Made by a program: the position numbers and the translations under genes. Under the pieces are notes generated by a model, which saw nothing but the letters and a program-made list of their open reading frames with translations, did not search any database and was not told where the DNA came from. From assembly GCA_965279525.1 (NCBI GenBank), contig CBDIIB010000005.1, forward strand, positions 736,001 through 800,000: a stretch of DNA of 64,000 nucleotides, given 5' to 3'. Every line of letters begins with the position of its first letter. Position 1 is the first letter of the stretch. This DNA comes from Tagaea sp. (GTDB lineage Bacteria > Pseudomonadota > Alphaproteobacteria > CACIAM-22H2). Below, piece after piece: positions 1 to 10,303 of the stretch.

Positions 1-398
1 AGCGTTCCGGCGCGCGGTGATAGCAGGAAAACCCATCCGATCGCGATCGCGATTGGTGGCATTAGAATCGGGATAATCGGTAGGATTGCGGCGATCCATC
101 CCATGCGGGCATCCGTCCGCTCGTTCAGCCAAGCGAAGAACGTGCCGACCAACAGCGCAATGATGCCACTCGCGCCGATCACAATCGTCGTATTGATTAG
201 CGTCGTGCCGATCGAAGGGAGCTCGAGCGCTTCGATGATCGGGTTCGGCCCCGCATCGGCTCCTTGAAAGGCCAGCCGGAACAGCATGGATCCGAGCGGA
301 AAGACAACGAGTGCCGCCGTGACGATAGCGACGATCCCGATGGCGACGAACTCGCTCCCCCGTACCCGCGCCTTCTGCCCGACGGTTGCGGTACTCAT
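1..398 (-). CDS. ABC transporter permease (Fe3+/polyamine/thiamine-type), 5' part; runs off window
   Basis: Own translation from ATG 398 (overlapping the ATPase stop): MSTATVGQKARVRGSEFVAIGIVAIVTAALVVFPLG...LINTTIVIGASGIIALLVGTFFAWLNERTD...; hydrophobic FbpB-like pattern. Confidence 0.85.
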   Translation of the reverse strand, partial: MSTATVGQKARVRGSEFVAIGIVAIVTAALVVFPLGSMLFRLAFQGADAGPNPIIEALELPSIGTTLINTTIVIGASGIIALLVGTFFAWLNERTDARMGWIAAILPIIPILMPPIAIAIGWVFLLSPRAGT

Positions 399-1630
399 GC
401 AACCGAGTCCTGCTTCGGGGCCGTCTCATCGAAAACCATGAGGTTCTCGGGCTCTATCGAGAGCCAGGCGAGCGAACCTTCCTGGACGTCCGCAGGACTT
501 ATCAGCCAGACCCGCATGGAAGTTCCAGCGAGGTCCACCGCATACTCGAACAGCGTACCCAAAAACAGGATCGCACGGATCGTGACCTGCCACGTGTTCT
601 GTCCGGCGGGCTGCTCGCGTGTGAGCCGGTAATGTTCGGGACGTCCAATGACCGTCACCGGACGCCCGACCATCGCGGCCGCTTCGCCTTCGGAGACCAG
701 TGCGTGGATTGTCGCCTCCGGGGTGTGAATTTCGATTTGCCCCTGCTTGAATCCCGTAACGCAGCCCGCGCTCTCATTCACCGAGCCGAGGAAGCGAGCA
801 ACATAGGCAGAATTTGGGCGACGGTAGAGATCAACCGGCGGCGCGAGCTGAACAATTCTACCCGCCGATAGGATCGCGATCCGATTCGCGAGAGCAAGCG
901 CTTCGGACTGGTCATGCGTGATGTAGAGAGCCGAAAAGCCTATCAGCCGCTGCAGTTCGATGAGTTCGATCCTGAGCTGCGCGCGGACCGCCGCATCGAC
1001 ATTTGACATCGGCTCGTCAAAAAGGACGATCTTGCTTCCGGAAATCAGCGTCCGGGCCAGTGCGACCCGCTGCTGCTGACCACCGCTAATCTCTCCCGGG
1101 TGCTGGCCCGCAAGATGCCCGCAGCGGACACGCTCAAGCATCGAGGTCACCTGTGCCGTGACCGTCTCGTTTGGGATGTTCCTCGAACGGAGCGGATAGG
1201 CGACGTTCTCGAACACGGTCATGTGCGGCCACAGCGCATATGACTGAAAGAACATCGCTACGCCGCGCTGCTCGGGTGGCACATCAATGCCCTTCGCGAC
1301 GGAGAAGACCGTTCGACCGTCGAGCTCGATCTCCCCCTGATCCGGTGGCTCGAGCCCGGCGATCGCGCGCAGCAGCGTTGTCTTACCGCAACCGCTCGGA
1401 CCGAGAAGAACCATGAACTCGCCGGGCTTCACGTCCAACGAAACGCCGTTGACGGCCAATACTTCTTCGCCGTCGGCGCGTTCGTACCGCTTCACGATGC
1501 CTGAAAGACGGATAGTCGGAACGGCTCCCGAGGGATTGGTCGTATTGCGCCCTGAGTTGGCAGAGGTTGAATTCACGCTCAAAACTTGGCCTCTAACTTT
1601 TGAAACACCAGACAGCCAACGACCGCTCAA
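395..1630 (-). CDS. ABC transporter ATP-binding protein (PotA/FbpC-like, TOBE C-terminus); true start may be downstream
   Basis: Walker A GPSGCGKT, signature ISGGQQQR, Walker B VLFDEP, H-loop ITHD. Confidence 0.92.
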   Translation of the reverse strand: MSGRWLSGVSKVRGQVLSVNSTSANSGRNTTNPSGAVPTIRLSGIVKRYERADGEEVLAVNGVSLDVKPGEFMVLLGPSGCGKTTLLRAIAGLEPPDQGEIELDGRTVFSVAKGIDVPPEQRGVAMFFQSYALWPHMTVFENVAYPLRSRNIPNETVTAQVTSMLERVRCGHLAGQHPGEISGGQQQRVALARTLISGSKIVLFDEPMSNVDAAVRAQLRIELIELQRLIGFSALYITHDQSEALALANRIAILSAGRIVQLAPPVDLYRRPNSAYVARFLGSVNESAGCVTGFKQGQIEIHTPEATIHALVSEGEAAAMVGRPVTVIGRPEHYRLTREQPAGQNTWQVTIRAILFLGTLFEYAVDLAGTSMRVWLISPADVQEGSLAWLSIEPENLMVFDETAPKQDSVA

Positions 1631-2676
1631 CGGGACTGTATCAGGCCGTGAAGCTCCTTGACCTTCTCTGCCGAGACGAATTCAGGCAGCACATATCCTT
1701 CAGGCAGTTGCAGTGTGTCCGTGCCTGGGAGCATCGAGGCGCCGTCTTTCCCGTTGAAGATCTCTTGCCCTTCCTTGGTGAGCATGAAATTCATGAAAAG
1801 CCGCGCCGCCATCGGGTTCGGCGCCTTTGCGGAGACTGCCATGAAGATCTCGTTGCCCGTGGTCGTCGGCGGAATGATGTATTTTACAGGGGCGCCTGCG
1901 CTCACGATCGGTGGAACGAACGGTGACGGTGCCAACGGAACAATCGCATACTCACCGGCAGCAAGGCTCTGCAAGGCAGTTACGACGCTCTCATAGCTGC
2001 CCGGGTTCTGCTGGGCGAGCGCCTTGATATACTGGTCGCCATACTTGTCCTGCCACATTTTCAGGACCGTGTTGTAAAGCGGGCTTGCGTCCCACTTGGG
2101 AAACGTCATCTTCCCCTTGTAAGCGGGGCGCAAAAGATCCTCGAATTTTCTTGGGATCTCTCCATCTTTCAGTAGGTCGGTGTTGTAGGCGAACCCGTAA
2201 ATCTGCGCGATAATGATCGCTGTGCTTTCGAAGCGAAACGCATTCTTCGGCCACGCCGCAAGCGCAGGAACGTCCCGGTCGCTGACTTTCGCGAACGTGC
2301 CGTCCTTGGTGAGATTCTCGTAGACTTGCTCCGTCGAGATGCTGAGGAGGTCGGCGACGACCCGTCCCGATTGCCGCTCCGCCAAGTAACGCTGGGTCAT
2401 CACGCCAGTGGGTGCCCGATGCACCTGTACTTTCACGCCATAGCGTTTCTCGAAAGCGGAAACGACGCGGGTGTTCTGCTCCGGCCCGAGCGTCGAGTAC
2501 CAGACGACGGACCCTTCCTTCTTGGCTGCAGCCGCAAGTTCATCGATGCCGGCGGCAAGCGCTGGCTTCGCGGCGTTGGCACCGAAAAATGCGCCGAACG
2601 CAATCGTCAGCGCGGCAAGGAACGTTCCAGATTTTCTGTTTCCCATGGGTGACCCTCCCTGATCCGACGCCGACAA
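1627..2676 (-). CDS. ABC transporter substrate-binding protein (Fe3+/AfuA-like family)
   Basis: Signal peptide, AAKKEGSVVWYS, APNPMAARLFMNFMLTKEGQ motif. Confidence 0.9.
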   Translation of the reverse strand: MSASDQGGSPMGNRKSGTFLAALTIAFGAFFGANAAKPALAAGIDELAAAAKKEGSVVWYSTLGPEQNTRVVSAFEKRYGVKVQVHRAPTGVMTQRYLAERQSGRVVADLLSISTEQVYENLTKDGTFAKVSDRDVPALAAWPKNAFRFESTAIIIAQIYGFAYNTDLLKDGEIPRKFEDLLRPAYKGKMTFPKWDASPLYNTVLKMWQDKYGDQYIKALAQQNPGSYESVVTALQSLAAGEYAIVPLAPSPFVPPIVSAGAPVKYIIPPTTTGNEIFMAVSAKAPNPMAARLFMNFMLTKEGQEIFNGKDGASMLPGTDTLQLPEGYVLPEFVSAEKVKELHGLIQSR

Positions 2677-2971
2677 CGCCGGACATTGAATACGAAACGC
2701 CGCTTCTCTGACGCCTTCGAAGACGCCGAGGATGTTGTTGATTTGAAGCTACCGACCGTCACGTGTGCTTGCAACGCGCAACTGCAATATGTGTGTAGTT
2801 AATATATATGTATTTTGAGTCGACTGTATTGACTCACGGTATCGAGTTTCAATTTATACCGAATGAGAGATCGTTTACCCGCAATGACCGGCTCCAGAAG
2901 CTGCGGCCTGAGCCCAATTAGACCAACCACCATCCATTCTGACCGGCATCCTCGACCTGACTGAGTAACTT

Positions 2972-4357
2972 CTAAACTTTCCCGTCGCGATTAAGTTCAA
3001 TGGGCTCAATTGCTTTCAGGTCGTCGCCCGAAGTTATATTGCGCCGAATTTCGAAAGCTCCGAGGGCTACAACCGGATCGACATTTTCAAGGTTCTCGAA
3101 ATCGATGCGAGCAAACTCATCTCGCGTCGCGCGAACACTAAAGAGATAGTCATCGTGCTCAATACCCGTCGCTCGATCGATCCGCTGCGAATAGCCAGAT
3201 ACGACAATCGTTTGAGCACTTGGAACGGCAGAAAATGTACTGCCAAGGAGATGCAACCCCACGCCATGGACATGGCGAAGGTACTCAGCACGCAATTGCT
3301 TCTTTGACTTCCGCCTTATCGCGAGACCTTTTCTGGACGGTTCCGCATCAGCCAGTCGGATCGGTAAGTCTTCGATCTCCGGAAGGTCCACGTCCAAAAC
3401 GACAAAGCGGCCGTCATCTCGAACATCAAAAGACACAATGGTCTCTCGAGGCCACGATATTCCGTCCACGGCACTGCTTAGCACTTCCTCCATCAGCGAA
3501 ACGTCGCCATGGAGGCGTTTCTGCCATTCCTCGGCCAAGCGATCCTGCTCTATGGAATGCTCACTCTTACGGACTTCATATGCTGCAAGGTCAGCATGCC
3601 ACTTCTCAACTGCTGCCGCATGATTGGCAGCCGCCAACTCCTCATTCAATTCAAAATCTGAAACAGCTTTGGCATAAGCCGCCTCATCATCCCGAACAGC
3701 CTGCTCAAACGCACGACGCTTCCAAGGAAGTAACCTTGCAATAAAGCCAATCGAACGAGGCGCGGGTTGATCTGGCGAAAGTTGCCGCTCTGGTAGGAAT
3801 GGCTGATTGGGCGGTGATTCGTCAAAGACGGCACGCACATAAGTCGGGTGTATATCGGGCGGCGGCGTATCGAGATGGATATCGACAATCTGCCTGGTCT
3901 CGGAATTGATCTTGTCGGCCTGCTCACTTAACCAATCAAAAATACGCTCTCCTTGCTGCTCCCACATCAAGGCGATTTCCTTACGGGAAAGCGGCGTATT
4001 TCCTCTCGCCGTTAAGGAGAGAGTGCCGTCATCTTTCAGGCTCAGCTTACAATTGGCTAACTCTTCGGCACGCTTCCGAACTTCCCGAAGCTTTGCAGCT
4101 TCCTTTTCGGCACGAGCCAGCTCTCTTTCATAACGACGCTCCGCCCGCTCCAACTGGCTTGGCGACATGCGGTCCCCGCCAATTTTCTGGCGGAAAGAAA
4201 GTCCTGTCCCAGGGATTCCAACATTCGAATATACGCCGCGTTTGCTTACGCTAATGGACGCGCCGCGCGGACCGAGCGACCAACCTATGCCGCCAGACCC
4301 AACACTCATCCGGACACCAGGCAATAGCTTTATGCTTTTCCTAAATCGTAGCCCCAT
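2972..4357 (-). CDS. DUF4236 domain protein with coiled coil and a C-terminal domain like the non-catalytic part of long Mrr-type proteins
   Basis: N-term MGLRFRKSIKLLPGVR...GIPGTGLS is the DUF4236 signature; C-term VDLPEIEDLP...VSGYSQRIDRATG; 7 bp after the helicase gene. Confidence 0.8.
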   Translation of the reverse strand: MGLRFRKSIKLLPGVRMSVGSGGIGWSLGPRGASISVSKRGVYSNVGIPGTGLSFRQKIGGDRMSPSQLERAERRYERELARAEKEAAKLREVRKRAEELANCKLSLKDDGTLSLTARGNTPLSRKEIALMWEQQGERIFDWLSEQADKINSETRQIVDIHLDTPPPDIHPTYVRAVFDESPPNQPFLPERQLSPDQPAPRSIGFIARLLPWKRRAFEQAVRDDEAAYAKAVSDFELNEELAAANHAAAVEKWHADLAAYEVRKSEHSIEQDRLAEEWQKRLHGDVSLMEEVLSSAVDGISWPRETIVSFDVRDDGRFVVLDVDLPEIEDLPIRLADAEPSRKGLAIRRKSKKQLRAEYLRHVHGVGLHLLGSTFSAVPSAQTIVVSGYSQRIDRATGIEHDDYLFSVRATRDEFARIDFENLENVDPVVALGAFEIRRNITSGDDLKAIEPIELNRDGKV

Positions 4358-4364
4358 ATCCTTC

Positions 4365-7300
4365 TCACGCCTTTAGAGCATTCTCAATTCGGTCCCGCGC
4401 CGCGGCACTCAACCGTCTGATACCGAAATATCTCGCAATCTCGATAGGTGCATCTCCGCCGGCACAGAGTTGCTGCGCCATCCGGATTTCCTCGGACGCG
4501 ATATCTTCAATCAGCCGAACAGATGAATCATCGAATGGCTTGCGCGCAATAGACCAAGCCGCCCACTGCGGCTCATTCAGCCAAGCAAACCGCCCTCCGA
4601 CAGGGTCCTTGCAAATGAAATGGCTGCGCCTTGCAATCTTTATAACTCTATCTCGAATGCGATCGCCGGATCGTTGGAAGCCGTGGGCTCGTGCTACTCG
4701 TTCAACCAAGACATCATCTCGCATAGGTGCCTCGCATTCCAATACGAACGCGATCAGCTTTACGAGGGTAGGCACATAGTCGGGGTCTTCGAACTTGTTT
4801 CGATCCAGAATCAGTTGACTGTCTTGCGCATTTGCTGGCCGAAATGTTCCCACGACGCCTTTAGTCGCCGATGCCGAAGCGCCCCGAGCAAAAAGCTCGC
4901 GCACAGGCTCCGCTTCAGTAACTTGTACTGCAGGTGCCTCTGGAACCCGATTATCTGGCAGTACTTCGATATTTGCATACACAGCCGTTGCCGCATCCGC
5001 AGCCGCCACTACGTTGGCCACTGACGCCTCGCGCTCACGTGACTCACTGAGTATTTGGTTGATCGCCTCGTGAGTCCTTGCCAGTGCCCCCTTTTTGTCG
5101 ATCCACCAATCAGTGGACCAGATTCGAACCAGCTTCCAACCGAGCTTCTCGAGAATTGCTGCCCTGATCTTGTCTCGATCGCGTGCCGTTGCTCCGCTGT
5201 GATACATGGCGCCGTCGCATTCCACGCCGACAAGATAGTCACCAAGCCGATCTGGATGAACAACGCCAAGATCAATTCTAAATCTGGAAACTCCAATCTG
5301 GGGGATAACTCGCCATCCGAGCGTCCCAAGTTCGGCTGCAACAGCCGCCTCGAAGGGCGACTCGTAGCCTCCGACAGAACCTCTCGTCGACGTAGCGAGC
5401 GCGCGTGGACCTCGCTCGGCGAACTCTATGAAATGCTTCAAGTCGGCAACTGCGCGAGCACTTGTTCGATGCAAATCGATCATTCCCGGGGAGAAGGATG
5501 TGAAAACGACCATCTCCTTCTTCGCGCGCGTAATGGCAACATTCAGCCGTCGCCATCCACCTTCACGGTTTAGAGGACCGAAGTGCATGGACATTGTATC
5601 TGAACCCTGCGTAGTCGGCCCAAAGCCTATACCGAGCAAAACAACATCTCGCTCATCGCCCTGGACTGTCTCAAGGTTCTTCACAACAACAGGCTCAGTA
5701 ATATCCTCGTCAAAAAATGGCTCTATCTCCGGATATCCTCGACGCGCCTTGTCGAGAAGGTCCTCCACCAGAGCCTGCTGCTGTGAGTTCAAGGTTACTA
5801 CGGCGATCGAATCTGCCGCTCCGCTCTTGGCCCCATCACGAAGTCGGCGGACGACCTCATCGACCATTGCCTGTGCCTCAACGGAGTTGGTCTGGCTTTT
5901 ACCCTTCGAATAGACCCCGTCAATCTTTCGCCAAGTAACGGCGCTTTTCTTGGTTATTGGCGCAGGGAATGTAACAAGGCTTCCCTCATAGTATCGATCG
6001 TTGGAGAATGCGATTAGGCTCTCATGCTGGCTTCGATAATGCCATGTCAGGCCAATCTGGGGCAGGCCAGCCGCTTTGCATTCGTCAAGAATGCTTTCCA
6101 TGTCTTCATCGATATCGTCATCAACTGAGCTTGCGCCTCGCGAGAAAAAGTTTGTTGGCGGCATCTGTCGATGATCGCCGGCAACAATAAGCTGCTTGCC
6201 TCGCGCGATGACGCCAATGGCGTCCCAAGGAGCGATCTGAGAGGCTTCATCGAAAATGATCAAGTCAAACAGCGTTTTATCAGGCGGGAGATACTGAGCC
6301 ACAGACAAAGGACTCATGAGCATGCATGGAGCCAAATGCGTGAATGCTGGCCCCATATCCGTGATCAGCTGCCGAATTGGCTTATGCCTACGTTGCAACT
6401 GGAGTTGATGCCTCAGCACGGCATATCCGCCGTCCTGTAAAGCATCATCCTTGCGAGGGATGCCTTTTGTCAGAACGGTTTTGATATATCGGACCGAGAG
6501 ATCTGACAATTTGTCGTCAAGCTTCCTGAAGTCTTCAATTTTTGCAAGGTGCTCTGCAGCAACGAAATTGCGAATGATCGGGTCGGCGTCGATCGTACGC
6601 GCTGCAAACCAGCGTGCATAAACGATTTCGAAAAGCTGAGATAAATCGCTTCCCGCCGAGAGTCCCGCTTTGGCCAAGTCGACTATGGGGCTCAACCCAA
6701 ACGACATCGCTTCATTGCTCGCACGCATCCAACTGCACCAGGCGTTTAATTGCGCCCGGCTTTCAACGATCGAAGATGCGAGCGTTGAGATGCTTCGGAT
6801 TTGATCGAGTGGAGAACCGCTCGATAGCGTCATCAAGCTGCTTGCGGCCGCAGACAAGCGGCTCAATGACAACTTGAGTGTCGTAAGCGACCTTTGAATT
6901 TTGCCGCCTTCGCCCAGCACGTCATTCGCATCAATGACCAGGCGTGACACCTTCTGCCGGATATCTGCGAGCTCATCGGGATTTCCAGCGAACTCAGAAA
7001 TGGTTTGCCGGAGCTTCAACCCCAGCTCGACTGCCTTACGCAATTGATTTGAATCACTATTCAGCTGAGCCCAGCCTGGCATTCCCGATAGATCCGCCGA
7101 AACAGCATCGAGCTCACTCAGGCTTCCTGCCAATACCTCAATGATTGGCAAATCTCGCTCAGGGTCAGGAGGAGTGGTGGTGCCACCATGAGCCTGCAGA
7201 GTTGCAGCTATCTTCTTCTTCGAAAAATGGGATAGCGGCCAGATTTTGGCTTTTGCTTCGTGCCATAGCCCAATTAGAGAGCGCCATTCAATTCGCCGAG

Positions 7301-10205
7301 CAGATTCTGGAACATATGTCGTAGAAAGCTTCTTCTCGGTATCTTTATAGACTTCCAACGCCCTGAGAGCGCGGCCTGCGGCTTCTGCTTTTGCCGTCAA
7401 ATTTGGAGCGAATGCAAAGCGGAGATCCAGACCATGCGAACCGACAATGGAATCAACGAGTGCAAGCGCTTGTTTGGTTTGCAGGAGTGTCGAAAACTGA
7501 AAATTAATTCCGGTCGCCGCTACTATTTCCGCACAAGCTTCATTGAAATGGCGCTCCTCTGATAGGAACCCCTGTGCCGCAGCGGCAACCTGTTCCTGCC
7601 AGGCGTTCGACCACTCAATATGGGTTAAGTGGGAGAGACGGTCCATCAGACCGGAGACCGGCTGGGAATTCATCTGCAGGCGTCGGACTGCATCACGCAT
7701 CCTGGCCATGTCCTGAGCATCATGCTCGACTGAATCAGGCCAAGTGAGCTTAGGCAGTACGTCTGAGCCATCGCGAACTACAAGGCCGATTGCCTCGTGT
7801 AGCGTCAGCCCATTTGGGGCACGCTTATGCAGGGAGCGGACAAGCGAATTGAGGCCGTCGCGTAAACGAGCAAGCTCGCTTGCTTCTCGAGTCCATTCGT
7901 CATGGGAGAGCGATTCGGCGACATTCCATGCTGCATCAAGCTGTTCGAGAACGGCCGTTTTCGTTGCCTTATTTGAGTGAAGCTCGAGACAGAAATTCGA
8001 AAGTTTCTTGTCTGCGAGGCGCCTATGCACGACCTCAAGCGCTGCCATTTTCTCAGCGACGAACAAGATTCGCCGACCCAATGCCAGATTATGCGCGATG
8101 ATATTTGCAATTGTCTGTGACTTACCGGTACCTGGCGGTCCGTCCAGCACAAAATCCATTCCATCAGCAGATGCTACAGCCGCAGCTATCTGGGAGGAAT
8201 CAGCCGGCAACGGCAAAAACAGCTTGCTCGGGTCAACCTTGTCATCGAGCGCTTCGGGTGGAATGTGCTGTCGTGCGTTCGAATAGGTTTCTGACTTTCG
8301 GTCCAGCAAGTGCCGCACGATCGGGCTATCGCGAAGACTTGCCGAACGATCAACCAAATCCTTCCACATCAGGTATTTGGAAAATGAAAATGTGCCGAGC
8401 ACGATGTCCGTCGAAACTTCGAAGCCTTTCGAATCTCTGACGGCAGAACGAACCATGTTCCACACGCGTAAAATATCAATCCCGTCATTGTCTGTCGGAA
8501 GAGGCCCCGCGAGCGCGTCAACATTCAATTCGAAATCCTGACGAAGCAGCTCGACCAATGTGAGATTGAATCGCGCCTCATCTTCATGCGCTTTTAGTGT
8601 AAAGCCTGAACGCGCGCTTCGCCGTTCAAGACGAACCGGCAATAGTATCAATGGGGCACGATTTACTCTTTGATCTGAATCGGTTTTCTTCCACCTCAGA
8701 AATCCAAGAGCAAGAAATAGGGTGTTTGCGCCACCTTCGTTTATGTCCGAACGCGACTTACGATAAAGCTCTACAAGTGCTGATTCATGGTTCTTTGGAT
8801 CTACGTCGCTGATGATCTCATCTTTACCCAGTGCCTCGCGCGCGACGTCTTCACGAAGATTTGTCCTTCGCTGTTGATCGTAGATCTCACTATCTCGGCC
8901 GCCGGATGCCAAATCCGGCATCGGAACGATTCGTATCGAGTGACCTGCGGCCAATCGATCCTCGAGCTTTGCTGGGTCATGACAAAGGATCGGAACGCAA
9001 CTACTTCCAGCCGGCAAATTCAAAAGCCTATTGCGGGCGGTGAGATCGAGAAGCTTTCTCTGCCATAGAGTAATTCGATCGAGAACCGCATCGGGTTTTG
9101 CGGCAATGGCATCACCAGATTCATCTGGCAGCGGCGGCGGCTCTTCGAGGCCTGGCGGCACATCCTCTTGCTGCGTAGCTTCTGATACTTCTTGAGGGCC
9201 GCGCAAATTGTCTAAAGGCTTGATTTGGCGCATTCGGCCGCGGCGAATGTCGATAACGGCGTAGAAGCCTTCATCATTTTCCGGCACCAGCAGGCGTCGC
9301 GCCTCTTGAACCGCTTGCGAGAATGACGGCGTGGGCACTTGAGTCGCGAACGTCGTCTCAAACACAACGATTTCTTCAAGGTCAAGTCGCTTACGGAGTG
9401 CCGCTGCCTCATCAGTTGCTATATCGGCGAACTCCCGAGACTGAAGCCAGGCGCCGGCGAATGCGTGCCCCTTGATCATAACAATCAAAGGATTTAGCCC
9501 CATCTGCTCCATTGCGGCGGCAAACAGTGTCGCCGTGTCGAGGCAGGTCGCGACGCGGCCCTCCAGGATCGCCCCTGGAGATCTTATTTTCTGACCTGAT
9601 TGCTCAAAGCTTGCAGGCGGAAGTGCATAACTGAGCCGCAATCCTGCTACAGCCGACCAAAGGGCCGATATCAATGTCCACGATCGTTGCCGCGACTTGG
9701 CTTCGTAACCATCCAAACCAGACGGCTTACCTGCGCGCCGTAAAGTCTCCGAGGCAGCTTTTAGTACTTTGTCGACGGCCGGATCGTTCGGCATTACGAA
9801 TGCGGGCAAAAGCTCGGCCATGGATGCCGTGCCGCCCCATTCTGACCGCGCGAGCACTTCAACTGGAGCATGGCTGGTAGCGATATCTGCCCCGTCCTTG
9901 ACCAAGCGAAGCGTGACGGTTCCGCGCACGGATTCAGTCAAGGCGCCGAGATAGGTCGCGTTAAGCTGGACGTTGCGGTCCGGAATTCGCAATGTCGTGT
10001 CTGGATCAATACGATCCAATCGCCATATCTTGTTAGTCAGGAATGGTGGATCTGCGACCAACTCCAGAACTAAGTCCGAGATCGGAATTGAGCTTTGGTT
10101 GACTATCGAGAGTTCGCGCAAAAGAGGTGCCGCATTCTGATGCGATGCGAACCCGATTTTCCCGGAGACGATGGACTGAATCTCGATATCCATGTAGATT
10201 TTCAC
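4365..10205 (-). CDS. Hhe-like antiphage protein: transglutaminase-like, DUF4011, SF1 helicase, Vsr-like nuclease, DUF3320 (alternative ATG at 10193)
   Basis: TCLD...GHAF (Cys/His), WQRKLLDLTARNRLL (DUF4011), GPPGTGKSQT, FDEASQ, GDHRQMPP, HYRS, VQGDERD, RRLNVAITRA, ESPFE...VECDG...RIWSTDW. Confidence 0.9.
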   Translation of the reverse strand: MKIYMDIEIQSIVSGKIGFASHQNAAPLLRELSIVNQSSIPISDLVLELVADPPFLTNKIWRLDRIDPDTTLRIPDRNVQLNATYLGALTESVRGTVTLRLVKDGADIATSHAPVEVLARSEWGGTASMAELLPAFVMPNDPAVDKVLKAASETLRRAGKPSGLDGYEAKSRQRSWTLISALWSAVAGLRLSYALPPASFEQSGQKIRSPGAILEGRVATCLDTATLFAAAMEQMGLNPLIVMIKGHAFAGAWLQSREFADIATDEAAALRKRLDLEEIVVFETTFATQVPTPSFSQAVQEARRLLVPENDEGFYAVIDIRRGRMRQIKPLDNLRGPQEVSEATQQEDVPPGLEEPPPLPDESGDAIAAKPDAVLDRITLWQRKLLDLTARNRLLNLPAGSSCVPILCHDPAKLEDRLAAGHSIRIVPMPDLASGGRDSEIYDQQRRTNLREDVAREALGKDEIISDVDPKNHESALVELYRKSRSDINEGGANTLFLALGFLRWKKTDSDQRVNRAPLILLPVRLERRSARSGFTLKAHEDEARFNLTLVELLRQDFELNVDALAGPLPTDNDGIDILRVWNMVRSAVRDSKGFEVSTDIVLGTFSFSKYLMWKDLVDRSASLRDSPIVRHLLDRKSETYSNARQHIPPEALDDKVDPSKLFLPLPADSSQIAAAVASADGMDFVLDGPPGTGKSQTIANIIAHNLALGRRILFVAEKMAALEVVHRRLADKKLSNFCLELHSNKATKTAVLEQLDAAWNVAESLSHDEWTREASELARLRDGLNSLVRSLHKRAPNGLTLHEAIGLVVRDGSDVLPKLTWPDSVEHDAQDMARMRDAVRRLQMNSQPVSGLMDRLSHLTHIEWSNAWQEQVAAAAQGFLSEERHFNEACAEIVAATGINFQFSTLLQTKQALALVDSIVGSHGLDLRFAFAPNLTAKAEAAGRALRALEVYKDTEKKLSTTYVPESARRIEWRSLIGLWHEAKAKIWPLSHFSKKKIAATLQAHGGTTTPPDPERDLPIIEVLAGSLSELDAVSADLSGMPGWAQLNSDSNQLRKAVELGLKLRQTISEFAGNPDELADIRQKVSRLVIDANDVLGEGGKIQRSLTTLKLSLSRLSAAASSLMTLSSGSPLDQIRSISTLASSIVESRAQLNAWCSWMRASNEAMSFGLSPIVDLAKAGLSAGSDLSQLFEIVYARWFAARTIDADPIIRNFVAAEHLAKIEDFRKLDDKLSDLSVRYIKTVLTKGIPRKDDALQDGGYAVLRHQLQLQRRHKPIRQLITDMGPAFTHLAPCMLMSPLSVAQYLPPDKTLFDLIIFDEASQIAPWDAIGVIARGKQLIVAGDHRQMPPTNFFSRGASSVDDDIDEDMESILDECKAAGLPQIGLTWHYRSQHESLIAFSNDRYYEGSLVTFPAPITKKSAVTWRKIDGVYSKGKSQTNSVEAQAMVDEVVRRLRDGAKSGAADSIAVVTLNSQQQALVEDLLDKARRGYPEIEPFFDEDITEPVVVKNLETVQGDERDVVLLGIGFGPTTQGSDTMSMHFGPLNREGGWRRLNVAITRAKKEMVVFTSFSPGMIDLHRTSARAVADLKHFIEFAERGPRALATSTRGSVGGYESPFEAAVAAELGTLGWRVIPQIGVSRFRIDLGVVHPDRLGDYLVGVECDGAMYHSGATARDRDKIRAAILEKLGWKLVRIWSTDWWIDKKGALARTHEAINQILSESREREASVANVVAAADAATAVYANIEVLPDNRVPEAPAVQVTEAEPVRELFARGASASATKGVVGTFRPANAQDSQLILDRNKFEDPDYVPTLVKLIAFVLECEAPMRDDVLVERVARAHGFQRSGDRIRDRVIKIARRSHFICKDPVGGRFAWLNEPQWAAWSIARKPFDDSSVRLIEDIASEEIRMAQQLCAGGDAPIEIARYFGIRRLSAAARDRIENALKA

Positions 10206-10303
10206 TCTACTTTGGGTCGACTTGGCGGCTTTAAGATGACATCATAAATGATCTTCGTCGAGATATCGTCTGACTCGAGAAGAATAATTGGCCGAGGCAC
10301 CGA

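Noticed and set aside
2809-2836. Possible left transposon end TGTATTTTGAGTCGACT
   Set aside because: Only ~11/18 identity to the right end, and the preceding 5 bp (ATATA) do not match the predicted TSD AACCC.
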